Source of the DNA: Escherichia phage vB_EcoM_G10400
Direction: 5' to 3' (one strand)
DNA: 64,000 nucleotides
Sequence record: MK327937.1
Both the position numbers and the translations under genes were made by a program. Within the stretch, counting starts at the first letter, position 1, and each line of letters starts with the position of its first letter. This document shows positions 19,199 through 28,210 of the stretch, one piece after another. The notes below the pieces were generated by a model. That model was not told where the DNA came from, made no database searches, and was given only the letters and a program-made list of their open reading frames with translations.

Positions 19199-20167
19199 TT
19201 ATTTCAGAAGAGTAACCTCAGCGATTTCTTCCCAACCGTTTTTGTCGGTCATAATAAAGTCAGCAAGATAAAGAGCAGTACGCAGTGAAACATTACGTAA
19301 ACGGTTAACATTGACTTTCATCCATGATAATGCTTTATAAGTTTCTTCATCAGAAAGACCGCGCTTTTGCATCATGTCGGTTGAAAGAATAACATCTTCA
19401 ACCCTGACCATAATTTCTTCATTAGTGTGAACACCCAAATCTAAATAAACTGAGCGGGACACTAATGCTTGTAAATGTGGAGCAAGTTTAGTACCACGGT
19501 CTAATTCGCGGTCAATATCAACGTTTGTGATAAAAACAATCGTTCCTTTAAATTCAAACTCACGCTCAATGCCTTTTTCTTCTAAGTAAGAAGATGCAGT
19601 GCTCCAGCAGACTTTACGGGTCTCTCCAGTGTCCAGAGCGGCTTTTAGAAGATTAAGAATGTCCATATCAGAGAAAACATCCACATCATCAATCAAAAGG
19701 ACAGAATTCTCTTCACGATTATTCCAAAGCTGCTCATAAAGACCAATGCCAGAGATTTTACCGTTAATGCTTTTATATTCAATGTATCCATTATCATTTG
19801 CTTTATTCAAAGCTTTATCTAAAGAATACGTTTTACCAATACCTGCTGCACCAGAGATAATTAATGAACGAATGTTTCCGTTAATAATACCATTCGTCAT
19901 CATTCCCATAACATTAAATCTTTTATTAATGCGGGTTTTCATATCTTCATATGATTCTTTAACTTCTTCAACTTTTACACCATCATATGAAATGTCTGAT
20001 TTGTAAACCCAAACACCGCGACGTTTACCGTCAATTTCAACAAAAACTTTACCATCTCCTTGTGCATCTACCGGAGCATTATCTGGGAACCATTCGCCTA
20101 AGAGCTCAAAAGTTCCAGAGATTTCTTTACCAAAGTAGATACCCTTATTGATAGTTACAGTTTTCAT
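19199..20167 (-). CDS. P-loop ATPase (AAA-like)
   Basis: Track ORF runs to 20284, but the ATG at 20165-20167 (MKTVTINKG) follows a GGAG site and lies downstream of the promoter at 20195-20250 (322 aa). Walker A GAAGIGKT, Walker B VLLIDDVD, sensor-like FITN. Confidence 0.6.
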   Translation of the reverse strand: MKTVTINKGIYFGKEISGTFELLGEWFPDNAPVDAQGDGKVFVEIDGKRRGVWVYKSDISYDGVKVEEVKESYEDMKTRINKRFNVMGMMTNGIINGNIRSLIISGAAGIGKTYSLDKALNKANDNGYIEYKSINGKISGIGLYEQLWNNREENSVLLIDDVDVFSDMDILNLLKAALDTGETRKVCWSTASSYLEEKGIEREFEFKGTIVFITNVDIDRELDRGTKLAPHLQALVSRSVYLDLGVHTNEEIMVRVEDVILSTDMMQKRGLSDEETYKALSWMKVNVNRLRNVSLRTALYLADFIMTDKNGWEEIAEVTLLK

Positions 20168-20194
20168 TTTATTCTCCAAATCCGTATCAGTTGA

Positions 20195-20250
20195 TAGTTG
20201 TATAGTACCATAAAGCTTTATGCTTGTAAACCGTTTTGTGAAAAATTTTT
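20195..20250 (-). promoter_or_regulatory. T4-type early promoter (drives the ATPase gene)
   Basis: -35 GTTTAC (plus 20226-20231), -10 block tatagtacca (20201-20210), A/T-rich upstream element. Confidence 0.65.
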
Positions 20251-20278
20251 GAAATAAAAAGGGAGCCCGAAGGCTCCC
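20251..20278 (-). terminator. Intrinsic terminator after the nucleotidyltransferase-like gene
   Basis: Minus-strand RNA GGGAGCCUUCGGGCUCCC followed by UUUUUAUUUC. Confidence 0.6.
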
Positions 20279-20280
20279 TA

Positions 20281-21294
20281 TCATTTATAATAACTTCGAT
20301 GGTTTTCAAGATAGACCTTCTCAAGGAAGTCATCCCAAAAACCCATGTCCACTTTTTGCTGCATACCGTTCTTAGAAGCTTCAGTAGATGCTGCTTCTAC
20401 TTGATCGACCACATCTTCCAAAAACTCTTGAACGGTTTTAAATGGATGTTTACCCAACTTCACGTCAAGAATAAATGGAGCGTCTTGAAGTGGATAAACC
20501 AAGTCGCCAGTTTTGTAAATTTCCAATAGTTGAAGTCCACCACGACAGGCATGGCTCAGAGCTTTCCAGTCAATACCTTCATTGGCTTCGGCCTTACGAG
20601 CACGTTCACCGTATTCAGCATCTAATTTGTTCAGTGACTGCTTAAGCTCAATAAGAGAAAGCGTTGTCTGATATTTACGACCCAACACTGTGTAAAACGT
20701 TTGTGGGCCTGTTTTCTCATGATTATGGAACACCCATTCACAGAATTCGTTTTCTGGAAGACGATGCTTAATATCTTCAACTTTAGTACGACGCTGCTTA
20801 ATAGAACCATCTTCTTGGTAATCAACCCATTGCTCAGGGATTTGATTAACTACTTTCAATACATCACGTAATGCAGCCAAACGAGAACCCTTGACACCGT
20901 ATTTAGAAGCTTGCTTGCGGACATATCCTAAATATGATTTCATGTTAGTCGTATAAAAACGAAAACGGTTGTCTTGAATAAACTTCCACACATCAGGCAA
21001 ATCAGATTTAACCACTAGTTCAGGTGGAGTGTGAAGCATATCCAACGCTACAGTTTCACCGTCTGCTGCTAATTTAAAGAAATATTTAAGACTGTATAGT
21101 TCATGGTCAATATCATCTTTAGTGTTTTTAGATGATGTATTGTTAGTGTTTTTACTCATATGCTCTTTGACATTTCCGATAAGAATATCGCGAGCAGGAG
21201 GAACAAAGATTTCTTTAAAATCTACATCAGATTCTGGGGTAGAAGTTCCATAAAGATGGCTACCAAAATAACTTTTCATTACTGTTTTCATCAT
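20281..21294 (-). CDS. Nucleotidyltransferase-fold protein (pol-beta superfamily-like)
   Basis: 337 aa; N-terminal YFGSHLYGTSTPESDVDF matches the G[SG]-x9-13-DxD nucleotidyltransferase signature, with a further acidic cluster (DDIDHE) about 40 residues later; helical C-terminal region. Confidence 0.55.
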   Translation of the reverse strand: MMKTVMKSYFGSHLYGTSTPESDVDFKEIFVPPARDILIGNVKEHMSKNTNNTSSKNTKDDIDHELYSLKYFFKLAADGETVALDMLHTPPELVVKSDLPDVWKFIQDNRFRFYTTNMKSYLGYVRKQASKYGVKGSRLAALRDVLKVVNQIPEQWVDYQEDGSIKQRRTKVEDIKHRLPENEFCEWVFHNHEKTGPQTFYTVLGRKYQTTLSLIELKQSLNKLDAEYGERARKAEANEGIDWKALSHACRGGLQLLEIYKTGDLVYPLQDAPFILDVKLGKHPFKTVQEFLEDVVDQVEAASTEASKNGMQQKVDMGFWDDFLEKVYLENHRSYYK

Positions 21295-21752
21295 TCAGCC
21301 TCATATTCAATAACAGGACATACTTTAGCTTTACGAGCTTTTAAAAATTCAACGATAATCGATTTCTTGGGTTGAATAGGAGGTAAACCTTTATACGCTC
21401 TATCAATATTTTCTACGTGTAAAGCATAATCCTTCTTCCATTTATAATCTTTATATTTTTCACGCAAATGTGCAGGAATAACAAATGAACCGATAATAAG
21501 TAAAACAACCAAAAGCGCAAGTATAAATGCTGATGGAAGCAAAGTCCATAAACTACCGAAAATAAGCCAACGTTGTAGACTTTCTGCACAAATAATTGTT
21601 AGCCCTACGAGTATAGCACACCCAAAAATAGAAACGAAAAATGTAGGAATGGCAATAGACCAAAAATATGCGCATAGTGTCTTAGGTCGTTGCCATTCAT
21701 CGTTAAACAGTTTGAATAATTTATAGTGCCAAGAGTTTTCATTAATAATCAT
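21291..21752 (-). CDS. Integral membrane protein
   Basis: 153 aa with at least three predicted transmembrane helices. Confidence 0.5.
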   Translation of the reverse strand: MIINENSWHYKLFKLFNDEWQRPKTLCAYFWSIAIPTFFVSIFGCAILVGLTIICAESLQRWLIFGSLWTLLPSAFILALLVVLLIIGSFVIPAHLREKYKDYKWKKDYALHVENIDRAYKGLPPIQPKKSIIVEFLKARKAKVCPVIEYEAE

Positions 21753-21754
21753 AA

Positions 21755-22276
21755 TTATCCTTTCATTGAAGGCGTAACGGTTGTTAAATACTTAATCATA
21801 GCTTCAGCTTCTGATTTTGATAATGAAATTTCTCCATTGTTTTGACGAATAGAAATAAAATCCGGATGACGGTCACCACCAGCTTTTAAAACACACATAT
21901 AAGTATCAGCTTCGCCTTCAATATTTGAAATGATTGAAGCAGTTCCACATGAATGTGGTTTTTGATAAATCAATACAGCTTTTCTTCCACCGTTTGATTG
22001 TTCATAGGCTTTTAATACATCAAGCAAATCAGTTCTTTTATCAATAGCTAAGATGTTATTTTCATCTTCAATGTTAAATCCTTCGGATACTTCATAAAGC
22101 GTTACCCATAAATCACCAATGTCAATAACAGCATTTACTTTTCCACGGCTTTCAAGAGTATGACAAATTTTCTTGATTTCGTCATAACTCATTTTAATAA
22201 TATCATCTCCTTGAATAAGGAAGATGTCATTTTTAAATTCAACACGAATTAAACCGCTTCCACTTGAAATAAACAT
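21755..22276 (-). CDS. Hypothetical protein (paralog of 22283-22816)
   Basis: 173 aa; C-terminal region resembles that of the adjacent ORF (…IRQ…SKSEAEAMIKYLTTVTPSM vs …IRQ…TKDEAIALKTYLDSVIPTM). Confidence 0.5.
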   Translation of the reverse strand: MFISSGSGLIRVEFKNDIFLIQGDDIIKMSYDEIKKICHTLESRGKVNAVIDIGDLWVTLYEVSEGFNIEDENNILAIDKRTDLLDVLKAYEQSNGGRKAVLIYQKPHSCGTASIISNIEGEADTYMCVLKAGGDRHPDFISIRQNNGEISLSKSEAEAMIKYLTTVTPSMKG

Positions 22277-22282
22277 ATTTCC

Positions 22283-22816
22283 TCACTTTGAAATCATAGT
22301 TGGAATAACAGAATCAAGATAAGTCTTTAGTGCAATAGCTTCGTCTTTGGTAAATGTGACAATATGTGCTCGAGAATCATCAATTTGGCGAATAGTTAAG
22401 ACATCTCCATCTTCATAACATTTTGATACGTTTAAAACAGTTTCATCATTCTGGTTGCAAGCGTTAGTAATAATAGCATTGCAATTTTTGAGCCATTTTA
22501 AACTGTGTTTTCTTTCATTAGAATAATAAAAATATTTAATCTTAGTTATAAAGCTATCCCAATGGATAACTGATAAACACATTGACTCACTTTTAATATT
22601 AAATCCTGGGCATGAAGAATAAAAATGAATTTTGTGCTCATCATTGATGCTTACTATTTTATCAGTATAAGGATATTCAATTTGGGTTAAATGAATGATT
22701 TCACTAGGCGTAAAATATAGCATATCGTCTTCTTGCGTCAAACGATACATGTTATTTACTTTTTCTATAGCCAATTCACCAAAAAGCGGACTAACTTCTA
22801 ATACTAATCGTTTCAT
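22283..22816 (-). CDS. Hypothetical protein (paralog of 21755-22276)
   Basis: Track ORF begins with GTG at 22840; ATG at 22814-22816 gives 177 aa. Confidence 0.5.
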   Translation of the reverse strand: MKRLVLEVSPLFGELAIEKVNNMYRLTQEDDMLYFTPSEIIHLTQIEYPYTDKIVSINDEHKIHFYSSCPGFNIKSESMCLSVIHWDSFITKIKYFYYSNERKHSLKWLKNCNAIITNACNQNDETVLNVSKCYEDGDVLTIRQIDDSRAHIVTFTKDEAIALKTYLDSVIPTMISK

Positions 22817-22969
22817 ATTGATTCTCTTCGACTCACTCACAATTACATACTCCTTTGAATAATATCAATAATGTTGTTCACCAGATTATAAGTAAACATT
22901 GGGTAATTATATTGAATCATTACATACACAACAAACAAAACTTTCATTCTCTTCTCCTTGGCAGTTGAC

Positions 22970-23010
22970 AAGATTACTATATCATAACCTTGCCAACTTG
23001 TAAACCATTA
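22970..23010 (-). promoter_or_regulatory. Probable early promoter
   Basis: -35 GTTTAC (plus 23000-23005) with a TATAGT-like -10 about 18 nt downstream, inside a 170 bp non-coding gap. Confidence 0.45.
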
Positions 23011-23181
23011 AATAACGTTTTCAATAAAATTCTGAAGCTTTGTATGAGCATCAACCATGATTTTCATTTCTTCTTTAGCGAAAGCTGTGCCTCTTTCCCG
23101 AGAAGAACACTCATAGTCAGAAACTGCATTAGCATATTCTTCAATTAGCTTCATTAAAAACATCTGCTTTTCAGTTTTCAT
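23008..23181 (-). CDS. Hypothetical small protein
   Basis: 57 aa ORF (below the track threshold) found by manual translation; ATG start overlaps the stop of the upstream ORF. Confidence 0.3.
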   Translation of the reverse strand: MKTEKQMFLMKLIEEYANAVSDYECSSRERGTAFAKEEMKIMVDAHTKLQNFIENVI

Positions 23182-23365
23182 TATTCCACCTAATCATTTC
23201 AAGATATTGAACTAACTTAGCTTTGGATTTATCCAAATCTCTTTTAGCTGCTTCTATACCGTCGTATGAATATCCTTCACAATGCTCAACTGCCAATTGA
23301 TATGAATCTATTTCAATATCACGTGCTAATTTAATGATTTTTTCAAACTGTTCGCGTGTTAGCAT
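23171..23365 (-). CDS. Hypothetical protein
   Basis: 64 aa ORF. Confidence 0.4.
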   Translation of the reverse strand: MLTREQFEKIIKLARDIEIDSYQLAVEHCEGYSYDGIEAAKRDLDKSKAKLVQYLEMIRWNNEN

Positions 23366-23367
23366 AC

Positions 23368-23607
23368 TTAAACTCTCGTATTATGATCGATAATTTCATC
23401 AAGAAACATATCTAACGCTTCTACAGCATTGTTAACTTTATCTTCAAATTCTTCAATACTTTTATTTGCAATGCCTGACGAAAACCAAGCAAAGTCACTA
23501 AGTTCCTCATCTGCTTTACGAATTAAAGCTACCAATTCCTTAATTTTATCAGCTTGTTCGATACTAATCATTATTCCACCACATATGAAAGAGAGAATAT
23601 TGCACAC
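23368..23607 (-). CDS. Hypothetical protein
   Basis: 79 aa ORF. Confidence 0.4.
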
Positions 23608-23759
23608 GCCATGTGAGTTGCAACTTCATCACACATATTATAACGTTTCTTAAGAAGTTCTACAAGTTCTTCACTAGTAACTTCATCCATGTCGACGAAA
23701 AAATCACCATTAATGATGACGTAGATATTTCCTTCTTGATTGAGTGCTTCAATTTTCAT
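23571..23759 (-). CDS. Hypothetical protein
   Basis: Track ORF extends to 23804 into the promoter; ATG at 23757-23759 follows a GAGGAG site (62 aa). Confidence 0.4.
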
Positions 23760-23780
23760 GATGTTCTCCTCTTTATCCGA

Positions 23781-23830
23781 TAGTTGTATAGTACCACAGC
23801 TCAAACGGAAAGTAAACCGGTAAAATGAAA
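23781..23830 (-). promoter_or_regulatory. T4-type early promoter
   Basis: -35 GTTTAC (plus 23813-23818), -10 block tatagtacca (23787-23796). Confidence 0.6.
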
Positions 23831-23849
23831 AAAGTCTCCCGAAGGAGAC
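23823..23849 (-). terminator. Intrinsic terminator
   Basis: Minus-strand RNA GUCUCCUUCGGGAGAC followed by UUUUUUCAUUUU. Confidence 0.6.
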
Positions 23850-23854
23850 TAATG

Positions 23855-24241
23855 TTATTCGAGGGAAAGAAGATACTTACTCTGGTAAAACATTCCAGTA
23901 ATATCATCTATCGTGCTTTGGATGGCTGGAGGCATTTCTTTATAAATGCTGTTAGATTGGTCTAGTATGCGATCAATCATTTTAATTGTGTCGGTAGGAA
24001 GTTTACTGGCATCTGGAATTGAAGGTGTGTATTTTCTACCAGAATACCCCAAATACTGCTCACCAAATTTATCAATCAAATCTGGTAACTCGGAGAAAAT
24101 AAAATCGTATGCTTTGTGTCTAGCATAATTTTTAGTTTCAAAATGTGCAGAATGAAAATAAGCTTGTGCAGCCATTAATAAACCTAAGTATTCATCTGCC
24201 TTTGAAGGTTTTCCACTTTGTGAAAAGTCGCTGAATTTCAT
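23855..24241 (-). CDS. Hypothetical protein
   Basis: 128 aa ORF preceded by a terminator hairpin. Confidence 0.45.
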
Positions 24242-24531
24242 TCAGTCTCCAATTTAATGTTCATAATTCTAGCGTATGATTGTGCCATCTCCGCGCCTCG
24301 TTCTATACATTCAAAATCAGAAGAGCACGGGTCATTTTTATAGGTCGTTCTCATAAAACTATAGAATTGTTCAGACGATTCTACGCTTTTATTTTCAAAA
24401 AGCATATAAACGTGCCTAATACCAGATTCCATAAATTTATCAAAATGAGGATCGACATTCGCTTCAATCGATGGAGATAAAACAAACGCTAATCCTAGCA
24501 TGGCAAATAGTGCCGTTGCTTTTAAGGCCAT
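24238..24531 (-). CDS. Secreted/periplasmic small protein
   Basis: 97 aa with an N-terminal signal-peptide-like segment (MALKATALFAMLGLAFVLSPSIEA) and two Cys. Confidence 0.45.
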   Translation of the reverse strand: MALKATALFAMLGLAFVLSPSIEANVDPHFDKFMESGIRHVYMLFENKSVESSEQFYSFMRTTYKNDPCSSDFECIERGAEMAQSYARIMNIKLETE

Positions 24532-24543
24532 AAAGGCCTCCTA

Positions 24544-24756
24544 TCATTTTTGTCCTGTATTTACTTTATGCCGGTGCACGGCCTTAACTTTATCAAGGTA
24601 TTTTTCAAAATTTCGCAATCTAGTATAGTCTGCCGGAGATTGGTTGAGCAATACTTCTCGACGCAAAGCTGAAATGATATTTCCAACTTCCCTACGAATT
24701 TCATCTAATTGAAGCACAGTAAGATTGCGAAGTTGCTTTTCAGTTAATTGTAGCAT
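24544..24756 (-). CDS. Hypothetical protein
   Basis: 70 aa ORF immediately downstream of tk. Confidence 0.4.
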   Translation of the reverse strand: MLQLTEKQLRNLTVLQLDEIRREVGNIISALRREVLLNQSPADYTRLRNFEKYLDKVKAVHRHKVNTGQK

Positions 24757-24798
24757 ATATACCCCTTTAGTTAGATAAACCTATTTATAACTTTTGCA

Positions 24799-25380
24799 CT
24801 AACCAAGCTTTTTAGTTAATTCATTCCAATGTTTTCTGCACAAAGAAACATAAATTTCATCACCAATACAGATTTGATTACCTTCTTTAACTGGTGTTCC
24901 ATCTTCCATTAATCGAGCTGTCATAATCGCTTTTTTGCCGCAATGACAAACTGCCTTTAGTTCAATAAGTTTATCTGCAATCGCTAAAAGTTCTTTAGAA
25001 CCTTCAAACAATTTTCCAGCGAAATCAGTCCTTAATCCATAAGCCATAACAGGAACATTATATGTATCAACAATTCGGCTTAATTGGTGCACCTGTTCAG
25101 TTTTTAAAAATTGGGCTTCATCTACAAATACGCAATGAATATCTTTTTGTGCTTCAGCCCATTTATAGAACTCGAAAATATCCATATCATCTGTAATAAT
25201 ATTCGCTTCCTGCTTAATTCCAATGCGAGAAACGACTTCACAGACAGAATCGCGAGTATCAATAGCAGGCTTAAGAACTAATACACTCATTCCACGTTCT
25301 TTATAATTATGCGCAGCAGTCAAAAGAGAAGCAGATTTTCCAGCATTCATTGCTGCATAAGTAAAAATTAAACTCGCCAT
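24799..25380 (-). CDS. tk: Thymidine kinase
   Basis: 193 aa; P-loop AMNAGKS and C-terminal zinc-binding Cys pairs typical of type II thymidine kinase. Confidence 0.9.
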   Translation of the reverse strand: MASLIFTYAAMNAGKSASLLTAAHNYKERGMSVLVLKPAIDTRDSVCEVVSRIGIKQEANIITDDMDIFEFYKWAEAQKDIHCVFVDEAQFLKTEQVHQLSRIVDTYNVPVMAYGLRTDFAGKLFEGSKELLAIADKLIELKAVCHCGKKAIMTARLMEDGTPVKEGNQICIGDEIYVSLCRKHWNELTKKLG

Positions 25381-25567
25381 CTTAGTCCTTAGTTAAATTT
25401 TCTAAATATGTTTCTAAATCATTTTCAGCTTTATCGATAGATTTTACTAATTCATAATATGTTTCGGCATCTCCATAATCAGAAGATAATTCAAAAGACA
25501 AATCCTTTTCTAAACTAATAATTTCACCAACTAAAAATAATATTTCGTTCTTTTTGTTCGCGAGTAA

Positions 25568-25753
25568 TCATAAGGAATTTATATAATTAATAAGTTCTTG
25601 TTCTTTATTATCGAATTCTTTAGAAAGTTCTTCGTACTCGTTTGCACTAAAAGGACCGCATTCATTACAAACTTTTTCCAATTCACTATTTTTATCCATA
25701 ACTTCATGGATAAGAGAAAAGAGTTTGTCTTTTTGTTCTTTGCTTAGGCTCAT
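25568..25753 (-). CDS. Hypothetical protein
   Basis: 61 aa ORF. Confidence 0.35.
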   Translation of the reverse strand: MSLSKEQKDKLFSLIHEVMDKNSELEKVCNECGPFSANEYEELSKEFDNKEQELINYINSL

Positions 25754-25919
25754 ATATTAATTTCCAGAAGTTTTAAAATAATTCGCTTTTGCTTAAATAT
25801 TTCCATAGTTAAATGATCAGTATCTTTTTGACCAATTCCAATAGCAAAACCTTTATTAGCAGCGAGTTCAATTAAATTATCAAGTTCACGTGACACTTCA
25901 TATTGTAACTCAAAACTAT

Positions 25920-26147
25920 TCATTTCGGTTTACCTTCTTTAACGAAATCTGGATAAGGATAAAACCCCGAATAAAATCCTTCACCTTTATGATTGATGCA
26001 TCCTTTATTAGAACAATAGCACCAATAATCGAAATCACAAACCATTTCATCGTTGCATAAAGCAAAAACAACCGGCCATTTACACTTTTCACAGTGGGCA
26101 TTTTTAAGAATGCTAGTTTGGCTCATAACCATGTAACCTTTAAGCAA
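25920..26147 (-). CDS. Cys-rich small protein
   Basis: 75 aa with multiple CxxC-like pairs; preferred over the overlapping 25916-26101 frame. Confidence 0.4.
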   Translation of the reverse strand: MLKGYMVMSQTSILKNAHCEKCKWPVVFALCNDEMVCDFDYWCYCSNKGCINHKGEGFYSGFYPYPDFVKEGKPK

Positions 26148-26350
26148 TATTCTTCTACATGCTGTTTACGACCTTTCTTATCAATAAAGGTATATTCAAC
26201 GAATGTTCCAATATAGTCTTTATCTACATCATGTGGACTATTAATTGGGCATTTAGTACGGCAAATGCGTTCCCATTGACGAATAATTACTGCCTTATTC
26301 TTTGGGTCATATGGATGTGGATAATGTATATTCATAATAACGGTTCCCAA
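26123..26350 (-). CDS. Hypothetical protein
   Basis: 75 aa ORF. Confidence 0.4.
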   Translation of the reverse strand: MGTVIMNIHYPHPYDPKNKAVIIRQWERICRTKCPINSPHDVDKDYIGTFVEYTFIDKKGRKQHVEEYCLKVTWL

Positions 26351-26799
26351 TCAACAATCACAATTTCTAATTTAGAGGAATATGTATCTAAAATCCCCTC
26401 AATAATATCCCAGTTCCCTTTACCTATGCCTGCACCAATCCTAGGCATATAGATTGTAGGTTTAATCAGTTTATTTTCACCAAACTCATTTAATTCTAAC
26501 ATACAATTCATTAAAGCGGAATACTCAAAATTTGGCCCTGGTTGAAATTGAGTATAAAGGTTGAAGCAATACGCTTTATGAGTCCTAAAGTATTTTTCAT
26601 AGACTGAGTAAGAACCGAGTTTAGTTACATCACCCCATTCAGTCTGTAATTTATCAGCTTCCAAAATTTTAGGGAAAGCTTTGGTTAATTGACCCGCTAC
26701 GCCTGAACCCATAGTATGAAAACAATTGCATCCATGCGCAATATTTTTACCTTCAGCGAAAAGGGCGACAATATCGCCCTTGATATATTTTACAATCAT
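26332..26799 (-). CDS. Macro-domain protein (predicted ADP-ribose binding/hydrolase)
   Basis: 155 aa; motifs characteristic of macro domains (…AHGCNCFHTMGSGVAGQL… and …PRIGAGIGKG…). Confidence 0.65.
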   Translation of the reverse strand: MIVKYIKGDIVALFAEGKNIAHGCNCFHTMGSGVAGQLTKAFPKILEADKLQTEWGDVTKLGSYSVYEKYFRTHKAYCFNLYTQFQPGPNFEYSALMNCMLELNEFGENKLIKPTIYMPRIGAGIGKGNWDIIEGILDTYSSKLEIVIVDWEPLL

Positions 26800-27137
26800 C
26801 TAGTACTCAATCCTCGATTATAAGAATCTACCAAACGGTCAACCATTGAATGACAAGCGGCTTTATCTTTCTCCTCCGCAACTGAACATTCTAAGGTATT
26901 CCACTTTTTAGCATATCGTTTTAATAATGTATCGTTTTTGTATCTGCTTGATTTATCTCTTTCTCCGTCTTTATATGCATATATTAATTTCTGTGCAAAT
27001 TCAGCTTGGCATGCTTTATTTTTCCCACAATAATCCGCTGCAGTACGGTTTACATACTCTCTAATTTCAGTATATGATGTATCTGCTAACGCAGAAAATG
27101 AAATTAATCCTATACATAAAACCAAAATTTTAGTCAT
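26796..27137 (-). CDS. Secreted Cys-containing protein
   Basis: 113 aa with signal-peptide-like N-terminus (MTKILVLCIGLISFSALA) and four Cys; at the position of T4 vs by synteny (uncertain). Confidence 0.5.
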   Translation of the reverse strand: MTKILVLCIGLISFSALADTSYTEIREYVNRTAADYCGKNKACQAEFAQKLIYAYKDGERDKSSRYKNDTLLKRYAKKWNTLECSVAEEKDKAACHSMVDRLVDSYNRGLSTR

Positions 27138-27675
27138 TTACTATTTCCAAAAGTTTATTATTTTTAAGGTAATTAGCCTTTTCTAGGACTTCAGAAGCAT
27201 ATTTAGAACCTGCTTTAACATTCCATCCCGAATTATAAGAGGATATTGCTTTTCTTATATCGCCCTTATGTATATTTAACCAATAAGAAAGTTCAATGTA
27301 CGCCCAGGAAGCTGAATTGGACCGTTTATTCAACATTCTTTTTATTTCAGCATCGGTCATATTATAACCAAGTTCCTTAACTCTTGCTCGCATAGTAGGC
27401 AAATAATTTTGGAACATTCCGTAGGCGTGATGCTTTGCTTTAGATTTTAAATTAACTCCGCCAGAGCTTTCTTGCCATAAAATAGCAGCCATTATATGAC
27501 CCAATCCGCTCTTGTGGATATTTTTGTGTGTTTTATATTTTCCATCCTTAGAAAATTGTTCCCCGAATTGATACGCGTAACGCATGTTATCGAGTTGGAC
27601 ATTACTGAAAGTATGCTCGGAGCTATGTGCCATCATTGAAATGGCCAATAGACCAGCGAGTAGTGCTTTTCTCAT
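27130..27675 (-). CDS. Periplasmic lytic-transglycosylase-like protein
   Basis: 181 aa; signal peptide (MRKALLAGLLAISMMA); SLT-like catalytic motifs (WQESSGG … AYGMFQ). Confidence 0.55.
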   Translation of the reverse strand: MRKALLAGLLAISMMAHSSEHTFSNVQLDNMRYAYQFGEQFSKDGKYKTHKNIHKSGLGHIMAAILWQESSGGVNLKSKAKHHAYGMFQNYLPTMRARVKELGYNMTDAEIKRMLNKRSNSASWAYIELSYWLNIHKGDIRKAISSYNSGWNVKAGSKYASEVLEKANYLKNNKLLEIVND

Positions 27676-27682
27676 GCTTACC

Positions 27683-28144
27683 TCATTGAGTTTTAATTAC
27701 TGCTTTAGAAGCCTTTCCTGGTAAACGACGACTGTTGATAATTGCCATCCTGCATTGAAGTGACGGGTCTTTGAACTTCTCATTAGGCTTACAAACAGTA
27801 AATCCAAGCCAAAGATTTCCATCTGTGATTTCTAAACGTCCAGGACGATATTCAACCCCATCAATAAAATCCTCGTCAATGTCAGGACGCGGAGGCATAC
27901 TCAGGAATTCATTAACTTCTAAAACATGGTCTTTTATTTTATGGAATAATTCAAAAACATATGTCTCATCAATCTCCCGTTGAATTGCACGATCAAGAAG
28001 ATGTTGAGAATATTTTAGATGAAACGATGAGACTCCTGCTGCTTTTGATGCCTCACGAATCTCATTGTTAATTTGACGAAACTCCGACTCAAAGTGACGA
28101 CGAAGCTTATTTCGACGGATAAAAACTTCTGTATTGATAGTCAT
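27683..28144 (-). CDS. regB: Site-specific endoribonuclease RegB
   Basis: 153 aa; sequence and length match T4 RegB from memory; own early promoter at 28165-28210. Confidence 0.8.
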   Translation of the reverse strand: MTINTEVFIRRNKLRRHFESEFRQINNEIREASKAAGVSSFHLKYSQHLLDRAIQREIDETYVFELFHKIKDHVLEVNEFLSMPPRPDIDEDFIDGVEYRPGRLEITDGNLWLGFTVCKPNEKFKDPSLQCRMAIINSRRLPGKASKAVIKTQ

Positions 28145-28164
28145 GTTGTTCTCCTCTTAACTGA

Positions 28165-28210
28165 TAGAAAAATTATACCACAGTCAAGAGGAAAAGTAAA
28201 CAGTTATTCT
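28165..28210 (-). promoter_or_regulatory. T4-type early promoter (regB)
   Basis: -35 GTTTAC (plus 28196-28201), -10 block aattatacca (28171-28180). Confidence 0.6.

Noticed and set aside
22841-23007. Plus-strand sigma70-like TTGACA box at about 22964 in the 170 bp non-coding gap
   Set aside because: No convincing -10 at the correct spacing and no plus-strand gene downstream; the minus-strand GTTTAC promoter explains the gap better.
25916-26101. 61 aa ORF overlapping 25920-26147 in another frame
   Set aside because: Hydrophobic low-complexity translation; the overlapping Cys-rich frame is the more plausible coding frame.
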